Shown here: piece after piece, positions 46,397 to 55,839 of the stretch
Numbering within the stretch: position 1 is the first letter of the stretch
Layout of the letters: each line of letters begins with the position of its first letter
Assembly: GCF_000016985.1 (NCBI RefSeq)
Contig: NC_009633.1
Location: forward strand, 2,211,539 to 2,275,538
DNA: 64,000 nt
From: Alkaliphilus metalliredigens QYMF
GTDB lineage: Bacteria; Bacillota; Clostridia; Peptostreptococcales; Natronincolaceae
Reading direction: 5' to 3'
The notes under the pieces: generated by a model
The model's input: only the letters and a program-made list of their open reading frames with translations
Told to the model about the DNA's origin: nothing
The model's database searches: none
Position numbers and translations under genes: made by a program

Positions 46397-47137
46397 ATGG
46401 AAATGAAACAAAAGAGCATAGACCCAAATCAAATAAAATTAATAAAGACAGAGTTAACTCGATTTATGATGTCTTATAAGTTTGCAATGGATGAACTCAA
46501 TACGAAAATTGATATTCTAAAACAAGAGTTTCGTTATATTCATGAATATAGCCCTATTGAACACGTGGAATCTCGACTTAAAACACCAGAAAGTATTGTA
46601 AAAAAAGCCTACAAAAAAGGATATGAGCTTACATTACCTTCAATAAAAGAAAATGTTCAAGATATCGCAGGACTTCGAATTACTTGTTCTTTTATCTCTG
46701 ATATTTATGAGTTAAGTGAGATGTTACGAAATCAGAAAGATATAAAAGTCATTAAGTGTAAGGATTATATAAAAAATCCTAAACCTAATGGCTACAAAAG
46801 TTTGCATTTAATATTACAAATTCCTATTTTTATGTCTGATAGGGTAGAAGAAGTTTATGTGGAAGTACAAATTAGAACCATTGCTATGGATTTTTGGGCA
46901 AGCTTGGAGCACAAAATTTACTATAAATATGATAAAGAGATTCCTGATAGGTTGGTGGCAGAGCTCAAGGAAGCAGCAACTTCAGTGTCAGAATTAGACA
47001 AGAAAATGGAAAACATTCATAAAGAGATCAGCCAAATTAAAGAACGAATTGATTCTAATGATGATCCACAAGAAATCTCGATTAACAATGAGAGATTTTA
47101 TCTCCCACATGACTTCTTACAGAGCATTTTAATTTAG
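46397..47137 (+). CDS. Small alarmone synthetase (RelA/SpoT-domain GTP pyrophosphokinase, RelQ/YjbM-like)
   Basis: 'IAGLRITCSF', 'NPKPNGYKSLHLILQIP', 'EVQIRTIAMDFWASLEHKIYYKY'. Confidence 0.85.
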   Translation: MEMKQKSIDPNQIKLIKTELTRFMMSYKFAMDELNTKIDILKQEFRYIHEYSPIEHVESRLKTPESIVKKAYKKGYELTLPSIKENVQDIAGLRITCSFISDIYELSEMLRNQKDIKVIKCKDYIKNPKPNGYKSLHLILQIPIFMSDRVEEVYVEVQIRTIAMDFWASLEHKIYYKYDKEIPDRLVAELKEAATSVSELDKKMENIHKEISQIKERIDSNDDPQEISINNERFYLPHDFLQSILI

Positions 47138-47373
47138 CAAAAATCATGCTGGTTTATTGAACAGCTATAGACATTCCGCACTTGTCAAATGATGTGTTTA
47201 AATGTAAAATGAGATGAATATATTTGCTTGGGCTAGTATCTCCACTGAAAAACACTTCATAAAGAATGTTTTATGAGATTGATAGAAAAGTGTAAGGTAT
47301 AATCCATGGGCAGGATATTTTGTTTTTAAAAACCCAGTGGTCTTATGCTGTTTAAACATACTGAGAAAGCAAG

Positions 47374-48201
47374 GTGAACTATTTGACTTTCAGCTACAAT
47401 AAGATGAAAGAGAAGTTACATACCATTATATTTGGAACTGATACGCCGGCAGGAAAGGCTTTTGATGTCATGCTGATTATTGCAATTATCGGCAATAGTC
47501 TTCTGGTTATTGCTGAAAGTGTGGATTCCATCAGGAATGCTTATGGATTGTTGATAACAGCACTAACTGGTTTTTTTCTTATTATTTTCACAATCGAGTA
47601 TATCCTAAGACTCTTAATTGTAGAAAGGCAAAAGGATTACGTCTTGAGCTTTTTTGGCATTATCGATTTGCTAGCGATTTTGCCAATATACTTCAGTTTT
47701 TTCTTGCCTCAAGTGCGATTTCTGGTTGTGATCCGGACCTTTAGACTGCTTAGATTGTTTAGTATTTTAAAGATGGGGCGCTACATTGATGAATCTAGTC
47801 AACTATTACGGGCATTGAAAGCCAGTAAAGCTAAAATCTCGGTCTTTCTTTTCACAATGCTATTCATTATCATGCTAGTGGGATCCATGATGTACATCAT
47901 TGAAGGACCTGAAAATGGCTTTGTCAATATTCCGGAGTCCATGTACTGGGCCGTGGTTACGGTTTCCACCGTGGGTTATGGGGATATTTCTCCACAGACT
48001 CCTGTGGGAAAGCTACTTTCCAGCCTGTTGATGATTGTCGGTTACGGAATTCTGGCTGTGCCTACTGGAATTATCTCTCACGAATTAGCCAATACCCCTA
48101 AGGGTGTAGTGAAAACCAAAATATGTCAAAAATGTAATACAGAAGCAAACTCCCAGGCTGATCGATTTTGTTCTAATTGTGGTAGTTCGTTTGGCTCTTG
48201 A
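47374..48201 (+). CDS. Voltage-gated-type K+ channel with C-terminal zinc-ribbon
   Basis: S4-like 'RTFRLLRLFSILKMGR'. Selectivity filter 'TVSTVGYGDI'. C-terminal 'CQKCN...CSNCGSSF'. Confidence 0.8.
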   Translation: MNYLTFSYNKMKEKLHTIIFGTDTPAGKAFDVMLIIAIIGNSLLVIAESVDSIRNAYGLLITALTGFFLIIFTIEYILRLLIVERQKDYVLSFFGIIDLLAILPIYFSFFLPQVRFLVVIRTFRLLRLFSILKMGRYIDESSQLLRALKASKAKISVFLFTMLFIIMLVGSMMYIIEGPENGFVNIPESMYWAVVTVSTVGYGDISPQTPVGKLLSSLLMIVGYGILAVPTGIISHELANTPKGVVKTKICQKCNTEANSQADRFCSNCGSSFGS

Positions 48202-48386
48202 CATAAGCATCTTTTCATGAGACTTTGGAATTTGCAGGGTAATTGCAGATGTGCATCACAATAAAAAATAAATTTTGATTTTCTAACCAATCATTTGTAC
48301 GGCTATTGCATGGAGAATGATTGGTTTTTATTTTTTGAAAATAAATCTGAATCATGTTAAAAAAGAAGAGAAGGCGGTAATAACAG

Positions 48387-50042
48387 ATGAAATTACAACT
48401 GAATAAGCGTCGTATACTTAAGGGAATATTTATTTTTGCTGCTGTATTTATGGTCATAATGGTCATGATACTGACCATATTAGTTGTGGGAGCATATCAG
48501 GAGGACCTTAGTCAGTTAGAGGATCCCTTGCCCAAGGCACTGATTATTTTTGATAAAGAAGAGGAGGTCGTATCGGAACGGTCTTCCGCCCAATTTAATC
48601 CAGTTCCATTATCACAAATACCAGAGGAGTTACTGGCTGCCATTGTTGCCGTTGAAGATCAGCGATTCTATGATCACTCAGGGGTCGACCTTCGGGGGAT
48701 TGTCCGTTCGGCTTGGCGAAATATGCGAGCAGGCTCTATTGTTGAAGGAGGCAGTACCCTGACACAACAATTGGCGAAAAATCTTTTCCTTACGTCGGAA
48801 CGGACATATACTCGTAAATTCAAAGAAGTCATTACCGCCTATCGAATCGAGGGCCAATATAGCAAAGAAGACATATTAGAGTTATATTTAAATCAAATCT
48901 ACTTTGGTGAAGGGACTTGGGGTATTCAGAATGCCGCACAAATTTATTTTGGTAAAGACATAGAAGAAATTACCCTATCTGAAGCAGCACTTTTAGCTGC
49001 CTTACCTAAGGCGCCAACTCATTATTCTCCCTTTAAAAATGAAGAAAAGGCCAAGGAACGACGGAACCTTGTTCTCTATTTACTTCATGATCAAAATGTG
49101 ATTGATGAAAATGAATATGATAGTGCAGTGAATGAGGAAATCATTTTGAGAGATTGGGAATTAGATGTTTTGAGAGGGAAATATCCTAGTTATGTTGACC
49201 ATGTTATTGAAGAAGCCATTCATAAACATGGGTTTGATGAGGAATATCTTTTAACAGGTGGATTACATATTTATACGCAAATGGACGTGGTTGTACAAAC
49301 TGCAATTGAAACCACTTATGAAAACGAGGCACTATTCCCAGAAAATAGTGGCGACGAAATTGTTCAAAGTGCAACTGTTGTGATGGATCCATCTAACGGT
49401 GGCATACGTGGCCTTGTAGGCTATCGTGGGGAGCACTTTCATCGTGGCTATAACCGGGCCACACAGTTAAAAAGACAACCAGGTTCTTCTATAAAGCCAT
49501 TGGCTGTTTATGCACCAGCCTTGGAAAATGGTTATAAACCTGACTCAATGCTAATTGATGAGAAAACAGATTTTAATGGCTATGCACCAAGGAACTACAA
49601 TGACAGCTACCAGGGGAGCGTTAGTCTATCTGATGCATTAGTCTATTCTATTAATGTACCTGCAGTGGCATTGCTACATGAAATAGGGATCGATACTGGT
49701 ATTGGTTTTCTAGAAAAGTCCGGTATTCCAATGCATCAAGACGATCGAAATTTAAGCATCGCACTTGGTGGATTCACAGAGAGGGTTTCTCCTTTAGAAA
49801 TGGCACAAGCATTTAGTATGTTTCCTAACTTAGGCTCAATGAACCAAGCACATGCCATTACAAGAATTACCTCTAGTACGGGTAAAGTTTTATTTGAAGT
49901 TGTTGAAAAAGCAGTTGACGTGATGAAACCAGAAAATGCCTATAGAATGACCCAAATGTTAATGGGAGTTGTTCAAGAAGGGACTGGGAAAAATACAGCC
50001 TCACACCAAAGCTTAGGATCTAATATGACTTTAATATTATGA
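48387..50042 (+). pseudogene. Class A penicillin-binding protein (GT51 transglycosylase + transpeptidase), 3'-truncated before the KTG motif
   Basis: GT51 'EDQRFYDHSGVDLRGIVRSAWRN'. TPase SxxK 'GSSIKP', SxN 'YSIN'. The reading frame ends right after '...GVVQEGTGKNTAS' with an unrelated tail and overlaps the convergent recombinase gene. No KTG(T/S) box. Confidence 0.55.
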
Positions 50043-50929
50043 AAACATTTACTGCCAGTAAGATTAATTGTATACTTTTTCGTTTCTTTATCCTTGAGGA
50101 ATATCTTATCTTTACCAGATGGACGCTGATATGCTATGTAGATTGGATTGGTTAACATATACACAACTTGACTTTGCTTTAAAGGTAAGGGGTCTTTTGA
50201 TGGTTTCATCTCATTGGCAAAGCCTAATAAACCGTCAATTGTAACGTTACTAGATAAATATTCTTCAAAAATTGCTTTCACAATAGGAGCTTCCACTTGA
50301 TGAGGAACTAACTCATATTCATCATCATACTGTTCTAAATATTCATCGACGTTCTCTGTAAGACCAAAAGGGATATGGGCTCCTCTAGAATAGAGTCCTT
50401 TTTCTCTTTTAACCTTTCTTCCTAAGGAAGTTCTTTCGTTGATTTCCTTAGACTCTAGTTCACTGATCCCCATCAGTATATTTTCAATAAAGTCTGAGTA
50501 GTAGTTATTGGAGTCTGCTTGAAATTCACCTGGCGCAGAGTATAGGATCTTCACATTATGTTTTTTACATAGCTTTTTAATACTGAGGAGTTCATTGAAG
50601 TTTCTAGAGAGTCGATCCCTCTTGAAGACGACAAGGGTTTTAAATTTATCCTGTTTCAAGTCATATAATAATTCACAAAAGCCATTTCTTTTGTCATAAG
50701 TATACGTAGATGCAGATTCGCTATCCCAATAGGATTTATATATAAGCAACCCCTTCGAATTAATGACTTGTTTTCCTGTGAAAATTTGAGAGGGGATCGA
50801 GTGACTCTCAGTTTTGATTAATTTTCTAGCATAAATGGCTGCATAGTCATAAGGTGTTAAAAATAAGATATCATCCTCAACGGTTGCAAAGTTTGCGCTG
50901 GGATCATCAACAATGATTTTTTCCTCCAT
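49973..50929 (-). CDS. Serine recombinase (resolvase/invertase-family catalytic + recombinase domains), apparently degenerate or truncated
   Basis: 'AAIYAR...HSIPSQ', 'LVVFKRDRLSRNFNELLSIKKLCKKHNVKIL', 'ERTSLGRKVKREKGLYSRGAHIPFGL'. The expected nucleophile Ser in YxRVS is replaced (YARKL). Only 318 aa; the large-serine-recombinase C-terminal domain is absent. Confidence 0.6.
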   Translation of the reverse strand: MEEKIIVDDPSANFATVEDDILFLTPYDYAAIYARKLIKTESHSIPSQIFTGKQVINSKGLLIYKSYWDSESASTYTYDKRNGFCELLYDLKQDKFKTLVVFKRDRLSRNFNELLSIKKLCKKHNVKILYSAPGEFQADSNNYYSDFIENILMGISELESKEINERTSLGRKVKREKGLYSRGAHIPFGLTENVDEYLEQYDDEYELVPHQVEAPIVKAIFEEYLSSNVTIDGLLGFANEMKPSKDPLPLKQSQVVYMLTNPIYIAYQRPSGKDKIFLKDKETKKYTINLTGSKCFHNIKVILDPKLWCEAVFFPVPS

Positions 50930-51056
50930 TTGAGCCTTCCTTTCTTATGAAATTTTCGTTCAGCATATAATCTAAAATGATATTAATCAATGCGTCTTTA
51001 GCATTTTTATCATTTCTGTAGGTAATTGAAATATTGTGTGTATTAGTATTTTTCAT
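50907..51056 (-). CDS. Small hypothetical ORF (49 aa) upstream of and overlapping the recombinase start; not in the ORF track
   Basis: RBS aaggag 6 nt before ATG (rc of 51054-51056). MKNTNTHNISITYRNDKNAKDALINIILDYML... Confidence 0.2.
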   Translation of the reverse strand: MKNTNTHNISITYRNDKNAKDALINIILDYMLNENFIRKEGSNGGKNHC

Positions 51057-51292
51057 CGACATCTCCTTAAAATATATTCTCAATGAATGAGAATCATTAT
51101 AAAGATTTTAAAAATTGTAAATAGGTTGTTTGATAATATTTCCTGAGCAATGTATTTAATAAATATATTTCTTAAAATCGTTGACTTTAGGCAACAAAAG
51201 TCATAAGAATTTTACGAAAGTACAAATTCTGACTCTATTTGAATGGGAGATTTTTTAAAAGTTATGACTTCGTAAAATTCTTACAACAGATT

Positions 51293-51508
51293 TTAAAAGG
51301 ATGTATGCGCTAGTCCACCATCTGCCATTTCCTTAAGAGAGTTTAAAGCCATAAGATTAGTGTCTTGAACCCCTTCACAGGAATCATAAAATTCACAGTT
51401 GTTTTTACAGTAAGGGGTAGGGCTATACTCAAATGATTCAGTATTACAAATCATTTCACACAGGGCATTTACTTGAGCCACTGCATCCTCGATAAACTTC
51501 TCATCCAC
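51293..51508 (-). CDS. Small Cys-rich hypothetical protein (CxxxCxxxxxC)
   Basis: 'YCKNNCEFYDSCEG'. The frame stays open upstream of the ATG, so it may be a gene fragment. Confidence 0.25.
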   Translation of the reverse strand: MDEKFIEDAVAQVNALCEMICNTESFEYSPTPYCKNNCEFYDSCEGVQDTNLMALNSLKEMADGGLAHTSF

Positions 51509-51577
51509 CTCTTGAACAATTCGTTTGTTTTGCGATAAATTTCAAATATATGAGAATGGTGGACATAAAAAAAGCCC

Positions 51578-52045
51578 CTATGATGCAGAGGCTTTGCTAT
51601 TGCTTACCTTTAAGTTTTTAATAAATTGAAGTTGGCTAATTACATGATCTGCTATAGAGTGAATTTTATCGACATCGCATTGATATTCTGAAATAGTGGC
51701 TAAGTAAGAGTGAATGAGGGTATTTAACTGTTCGTTGATAATATGAATTTGATCACTTGAGTCATTGGGCATTTCTTTGATAAGTACCTTCTTAACTGCT
51801 TCCTCAATATATAAACTTCTTATATCGATAGAATTGGTTTGTAATAGCTCACCTAAAGAAACACCAAGGGAATTTGTAATTCTATCTAGAAGACCAAGTC
51901 TAAAGACCTCATGATTTCCATTTTCAACGTTGCTCAATTGGCCAGTTGAAATATTAATATGCTTTGCAAATTCCACAGAAGTTAAGTTTTTTTCTTTCCT
52001 ATAATTTCTAATGTTTTTACCTAAGGTTTTATGGATATCAGACAT
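51578..52045 (-). CDS. XRE-family HTH transcriptional regulator
   Basis: 'LGKNIRNYRKEKNLTSVEFAKHINISTGQLSNVENG'. RBS aggggggag. Confidence 0.85.
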   Translation of the reverse strand: MSDIHKTLGKNIRNYRKEKNLTSVEFAKHINISTGQLSNVENGNHEVFRLGLLDRITNSLGVSLGELLQTNSIDIRSLYIEEAVKKVLIKEMPNDSSDQIHIINEQLNTLIHSYLATISEYQCDVDKIHSIADHVISQLQFIKNLKVSNSKASAS

Positions 52046-52348
52046 GGATCTCCCCCCTATAGGTGAGAGTCTTTACCAAAATATGAAATATACACAAATC
52101 TAGGTATTATGTACATAGGCTCTGAAGGCACTTTGATCCAAAATAACTTTAACATGAATTGTACTATGTTAGCTTACATGTTGAATATTAAGGAAAATAA
52201 AGGGTTAATAGGATTAATATAGAAACTAGACATATGCTAGAACATAGAAATTACATTTTTCAATTGAGTGATAGTGTCAGTAGTATATTTGGTATAGCAC
52301 TTATAGATATTAAAACATCTATATCTAGTGTTGAGGGAGGAGATTTTA

Positions 52349-53296
52349 ATGTCTAAGGTATCAAATGCCCTAAATATGTACTTTTTACTACAAGTCAGAG
52401 GAGCGATGAGGGTTAAAGAAATTGCGGAAGCACTAGAGGTAACTCCTAGGATGGTAAAAAAGTATAAGCAAGATTTAGAAATGGCAGGGATATATGTAGG
52501 CTCTAAACTAGGAAGAGCTGGAGGGTACTACTTAGAAAATAAGAGAAGATTAGATGCCATTGGCCTTACTGAAGAAGAGCTAATTACCTTGAAAATGGCA
52601 AACAAAACAATACAAAGCGGAAAATATCACTACCAATCAAGGTTTGAAACTACAGTAAACAAAATATTAAATTGCAATCAACACACAGAGGAAATTAATT
52701 ATCATAACAAGTCAATGAGAGAATCAGATGAAATTCTAAAAAAAGAAAAGCATACATGGGTAGATATAAATATTGCAGTTAACCAAAACAGAAGAGCGTC
52801 CATAAAATACAAATCTTTAAAAAAGCATGGAATAGAAATAAGAGAACGATTAGTCAATCCATATGGGATTTTTGATTATAAAGGGGCTACATATTTTTAT
52901 GGTTATTGCGATACCGCAAAGGACATACGATTTTTCAAACTGTCTCGAGTTATTGAATATAGGGTATTAGATGAAAAATTTACTGGGAATACTGACTTTA
53001 ATTTTGATAAAGTATTAGAAAAATCCTTTGGAATATACAATGATGAGTTCATAGATCTTAAATTAAATATTTCTTATCCTATGAGTGAAATTGTAAAGGA
53101 AAAACAGATCGCAAAGGATCAAAGGATAACAGAAATAGATGAGAAAACCATATGCTTTGAAGCAAAAATAAAGGGCTATGCAGAAATAAAAACATGGGTC
53201 ATGAGTCTTGGGAGTAGTGCTGAGGTAATACAACCATCAAAGTTGAAAGAAGAGATTATAGCGGAAGCCCATAAGATGACAAAGATATATCAGTAG
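52349..53296 (+). CDS. wHTH-WYL domain transcriptional regulator (CapW/BrxR-like), likely cas-operon regulator
   Basis: N-terminal wHTH 'MRVKEIAEALEVTPRMVKKYKQDLEMAGIYV'. WYL-like core 'YFYGYCDTAKDIRFFKLSRVIEY'. Encoded directly upstream of the cas operon. RBS gagggaggag before ATG 52349. Confidence 0.7.
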   Translation: MSKVSNALNMYFLLQVRGAMRVKEIAEALEVTPRMVKKYKQDLEMAGIYVGSKLGRAGGYYLENKRRLDAIGLTEEELITLKMANKTIQSGKYHYQSRFETTVNKILNCNQHTEEINYHNKSMRESDEILKKEKHTWVDINIAVNQNRRASIKYKSLKKHGIEIRERLVNPYGIFDYKGATYFYGYCDTAKDIRFFKLSRVIEYRVLDEKFTGNTDFNFDKVLEKSFGIYNDEFIDLKLNISYPMSEIVKEKQIAKDQRITEIDEKTICFEAKIKGYAEIKTWVMSLGSSAEVIQPSKLKEEIIAEAHKMTKIYQ

Positions 53297-53365
53297 GTAA
53301 AAATTTGAACTTATGTAGTTGTTTGCTAAATTACTTTTTAATGGTACATTCTATTTCCCCTTTAT

Positions 53366-53377
53366 ATACTACAATTA
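53366..53377. repeat. 12-bp direct repeat ATACTACAATTA (left copy), putative target-site duplication of the IS
   Basis: Identical 12-mer at 55066-55077, immediately flanking the IR-like ends. Confidence 0.6.
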
Positions 53378-55065
53378 TAGGTAATTGCGAAACTAAATTT
53401 GAAAAGTAGTTAGAAGGGCAGAAAATTGATTGCTGATTAAATTTTTTATAGAGACAAGGCGTACCGGTTAACTATGCAATAAGTGGTTTTAAACTTCTGA
53501 TGTATTTGTGTTGATGTATTTTATCAGCAAGTATAACAGTAACGAGCTGGGTGATACCAGCAAGCAATAAATCAGCATGTAATGTTTTAGCATTCTGTGT
53601 TCTTCGATTAGCAATACAAAAGCTATCTTTAAAATGGTTAATGGTTTGTTCAACTACACCTCTATTTTTATAGGTTTCATCCCAATCATCTGTGCCCCGA
53701 ATGGTACCAGGATAAGCACGTAAGTCTTTTTCAGGATACACATAAATCATTCGACCACAAGGTGATGAAGTACAGGGATTATCGCAGTTATGTCGACGTC
53801 GATACTTGCCGTCTCCACATTTAGTCCAAGACATTTTAGGACAGACAAACTTGAAAGTAGGAATACCACACCGAAGATGAGAAGTATTGCCTTCGGGCTT
53901 CATAGGTAGTTTAGGATCATGAGGACAACAGGGAATCCCATCTTCAGTAAGAGTGTATTCAGAGCTGCTAAGGGAAGACCTAGGATTTAGGGGGATATAA
54001 GCTTTATTGAACTTTAAATCCGAAAAAATTCCTTTGTAGATAGATATGGTATCAAAAGCAGCATCCCCGATGAAGGTATCTGGTTGAATGAGTGGATGTT
54101 TATTAAAAAAGTCAGATAACACTGGTAAAAGAGCTTTTGCATCACCAAGGGACTTATCTTCATCAGGAGAGTTAGATTTTTTGTCAACAACAATGTCAGG
54201 ATGAGCATTCATAAAATCTTGATCGTAAAAAGTAATATCACGCACAATACCAAGACCATTGGTGAGCATCCCAAATTTATAGACATAACAAAAATGACCA
54301 TTGATGTAAAGCTGCTTAATTTCTGGATTAGCCGCTGCATGAGAAGGCATGGAACCATAGGCTGCTTTATACGGATCATAGGAATCATCAAGGTTATGAG
54401 CCTTTTTAAAAGCTTTAAGTTGTTTAATAATTTTATTAGCGTATTTAGGATTGTTTTCAGTAACAAAAGCTTCAATGCCAGAAGTATCAAAGATAGTCAT
54501 AGAAGCCTTATGAGGATCAATAGCCTGGCAAACAGGTTCAGTGACATCCACAAGATGCTCAAAGAATGACTGTAAGTCTGGCAAAAAATCTTGTTTGAAC
54601 CTAGTAAATCTAGAAGCATCAGGTACATTGGTGAAACCACAAAAATCTCTAAGTTCCTTAGAAAACTGAAGAAAAGTCAGCAACAATGTATCGTTTGGAA
54701 TGGAGAAAATCCGCTGCAGAAGCAAAGCCCAAACCATTGATGTAAGATGATGTTTTCTAGGTCTGCCAGTAGATGCATAGTAATTACGATGAAAAGAAAG
54801 AGGTATTATCTCATTAAGATTAAGGTTTTCTTTTAAAAGAGAAAGAAAGTGATGTTTATCATTTTCAAAATAATTGGCACAATCGGAATGAATTTCAGCC
54901 AAAGAAAGCTGTTTATGTGGTAAAATAGCCATATATAACTCCTTTCAGGTTGGGTGAATTTGTTTCTGTCAATTCAATTTTACCACAATCTGGTGAGGAG
55001 TTATATTTTTTTATGCTTAAAAAAGTCCCGCAATAGTGCGGGTTGCGGCGTTTTGCAAACGCCTA
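53378..55065 (-). mobile_element. Insertion sequence (IS5/IS1182-family-like), 1688 bp, with imperfect terminal inverted repeats
   Basis: Left end TAGGTAATTGCGAAAC versus rc of right end TAGGCGTTTGCAAAAC (12/16 identical). Flanked by the 12-bp direct repeat. Carries a single transposase gene. Confidence 0.65.
53472..54932 (-). CDS. DDE transposase (IS5/IS1182 family; N-terminal DUF772-like region and Cys-rich insert)
   Basis: 'GRPRKHHLTSMVWALLLQRIFSIPNDTLLLTFLQFSKELRDFCGF' (DUF772-like). 'FIGDAAFD'. Cys cluster 'CPKMSWTKCGDGKYRRRHNCDNPC'. Confidence 0.7.
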   Translation of the reverse strand: MAILPHKQLSLAEIHSDCANYFENDKHHFLSLLKENLNLNEIIPLSFHRNYYASTGRPRKHHLTSMVWALLLQRIFSIPNDTLLLTFLQFSKELRDFCGFTNVPDASRFTRFKQDFLPDLQSFFEHLVDVTEPVCQAIDPHKASMTIFDTSGIEAFVTENNPKYANKIIKQLKAFKKAHNLDDSYDPYKAAYGSMPSHAAANPEIKQLYINGHFCYVYKFGMLTNGLGIVRDITFYDQDFMNAHPDIVVDKKSNSPDEDKSLGDAKALLPVLSDFFNKHPLIQPDTFIGDAAFDTISIYKGIFSDLKFNKAYIPLNPRSSLSSSEYTLTEDGIPCCPHDPKLPMKPEGNTSHLRCGIPTFKFVCPKMSWTKCGDGKYRRRHNCDNPCTSSPCGRMIYVYPEKDLRAYPGTIRGTDDWDETYKNRGVVEQTINHFKDSFCIANRRTQNAKTLHADLLLAGITQLVTVILADKIHQHKYIRSLKPLIA

Positions 55066-55077
55066 ATACTACAATTA
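55066..55077. repeat. 12-bp direct repeat ATACTACAATTA (right copy of the putative TSD)
   Basis: See left copy. Confidence 0.6.
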
Positions 55078-55097
55078 AAATGAAAGGAGGTGGAGAA

Positions 55098-55826
55098 GTG
55101 AGATTTGGTGTAGAAATTTTTTTAGAAAAAGAAATGTTACCTAAGGACAAAAACAGGATTATTTTATCAATCATTAAAAATTGCTTTAGTAGTTGCAATA
55201 AGGAGTACTATAAAGCCTTATATAAAGATACTCCCAATCAAACAAAAGATTTTACTTTCTCATTATACCTAGGTGATTGCAAATTTTTAAGAGAAGAGAT
55301 TTTAGTGCCTAGCAAGAAAATTTATTTGAATTTCTCTACATACCATAATGAGGATGGGATTATGTTCTTCAACTCTATGTTAATGAACAAAGGAAAAGCT
55401 TTTTCTATAAGAGATAACACATATACAATTGGTAAAATAAATTTGAAGAGGGAAAAATTAATCACTGAGCATCAAGTAATCTTTAAAACAATGAGTCCTA
55501 TTGTAGCTAGGGAACATCAAGGAGATAACAAAAAAACTTGGTACCACTCACTCAACACGGAAGAAGGACAAGCTGTTTTCCTAGAAAATCTTCAATATCA
55601 ATTGAAAGATGCGTTTGGAGAAGGGATTTTAATGGATTCTAGAAAGCTTAGTATAGAAGTATCCCAAGACAACAAAGAAGTGAAGGTAAAAAACTATGGG
55701 ATCGAAATACTTTCTAATTTAGCTAAGATTAGGATTCAGGGAGCACCTTATATCTTAGACTATCTATATAAAGCTGGGATAGGAAGCAAGAGAGGCAGTG
55801 GATTTGGCATGGTAGATATTGTGTAG
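55098..55826 (+). CDS. cas6: CRISPR endoribonuclease Cas6 (type I-B)
   Basis: Gly-rich loop 'GIGSKRGSGFGMV' near the C-terminus. GTG start after aaaggagg. First gene of the cas operon. Confidence 0.85.
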   Translation: MRFGVEIFLEKEMLPKDKNRIILSIIKNCFSSCNKEYYKALYKDTPNQTKDFTFSLYLGDCKFLREEILVPSKKIYLNFSTYHNEDGIMFFNSMLMNKGKAFSIRDNTYTIGKINLKREKLITEHQVIFKTMSPIVAREHQGDNKKTWYHSLNTEEGQAVFLENLQYQLKDAFGEGILMDSRKLSIEVSQDNKEVKVKNYGIEILSNLAKIRIQGAPYILDYLYKAGIGSKRGSGFGMVDIV

Positions 55827-55839
55827 AGGGGGTGAGATA

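Noticed and set aside
55021-55065. Small hairpins (cccgcaatagtgcggg and ggcgttttgcaaacgcc) just upstream of cas6, considered as a terminator or regulatory RNA
   Set aside because: They fall inside the inferred IS terminus (the second hairpin is the IR itself). Better explained as IS end structure.
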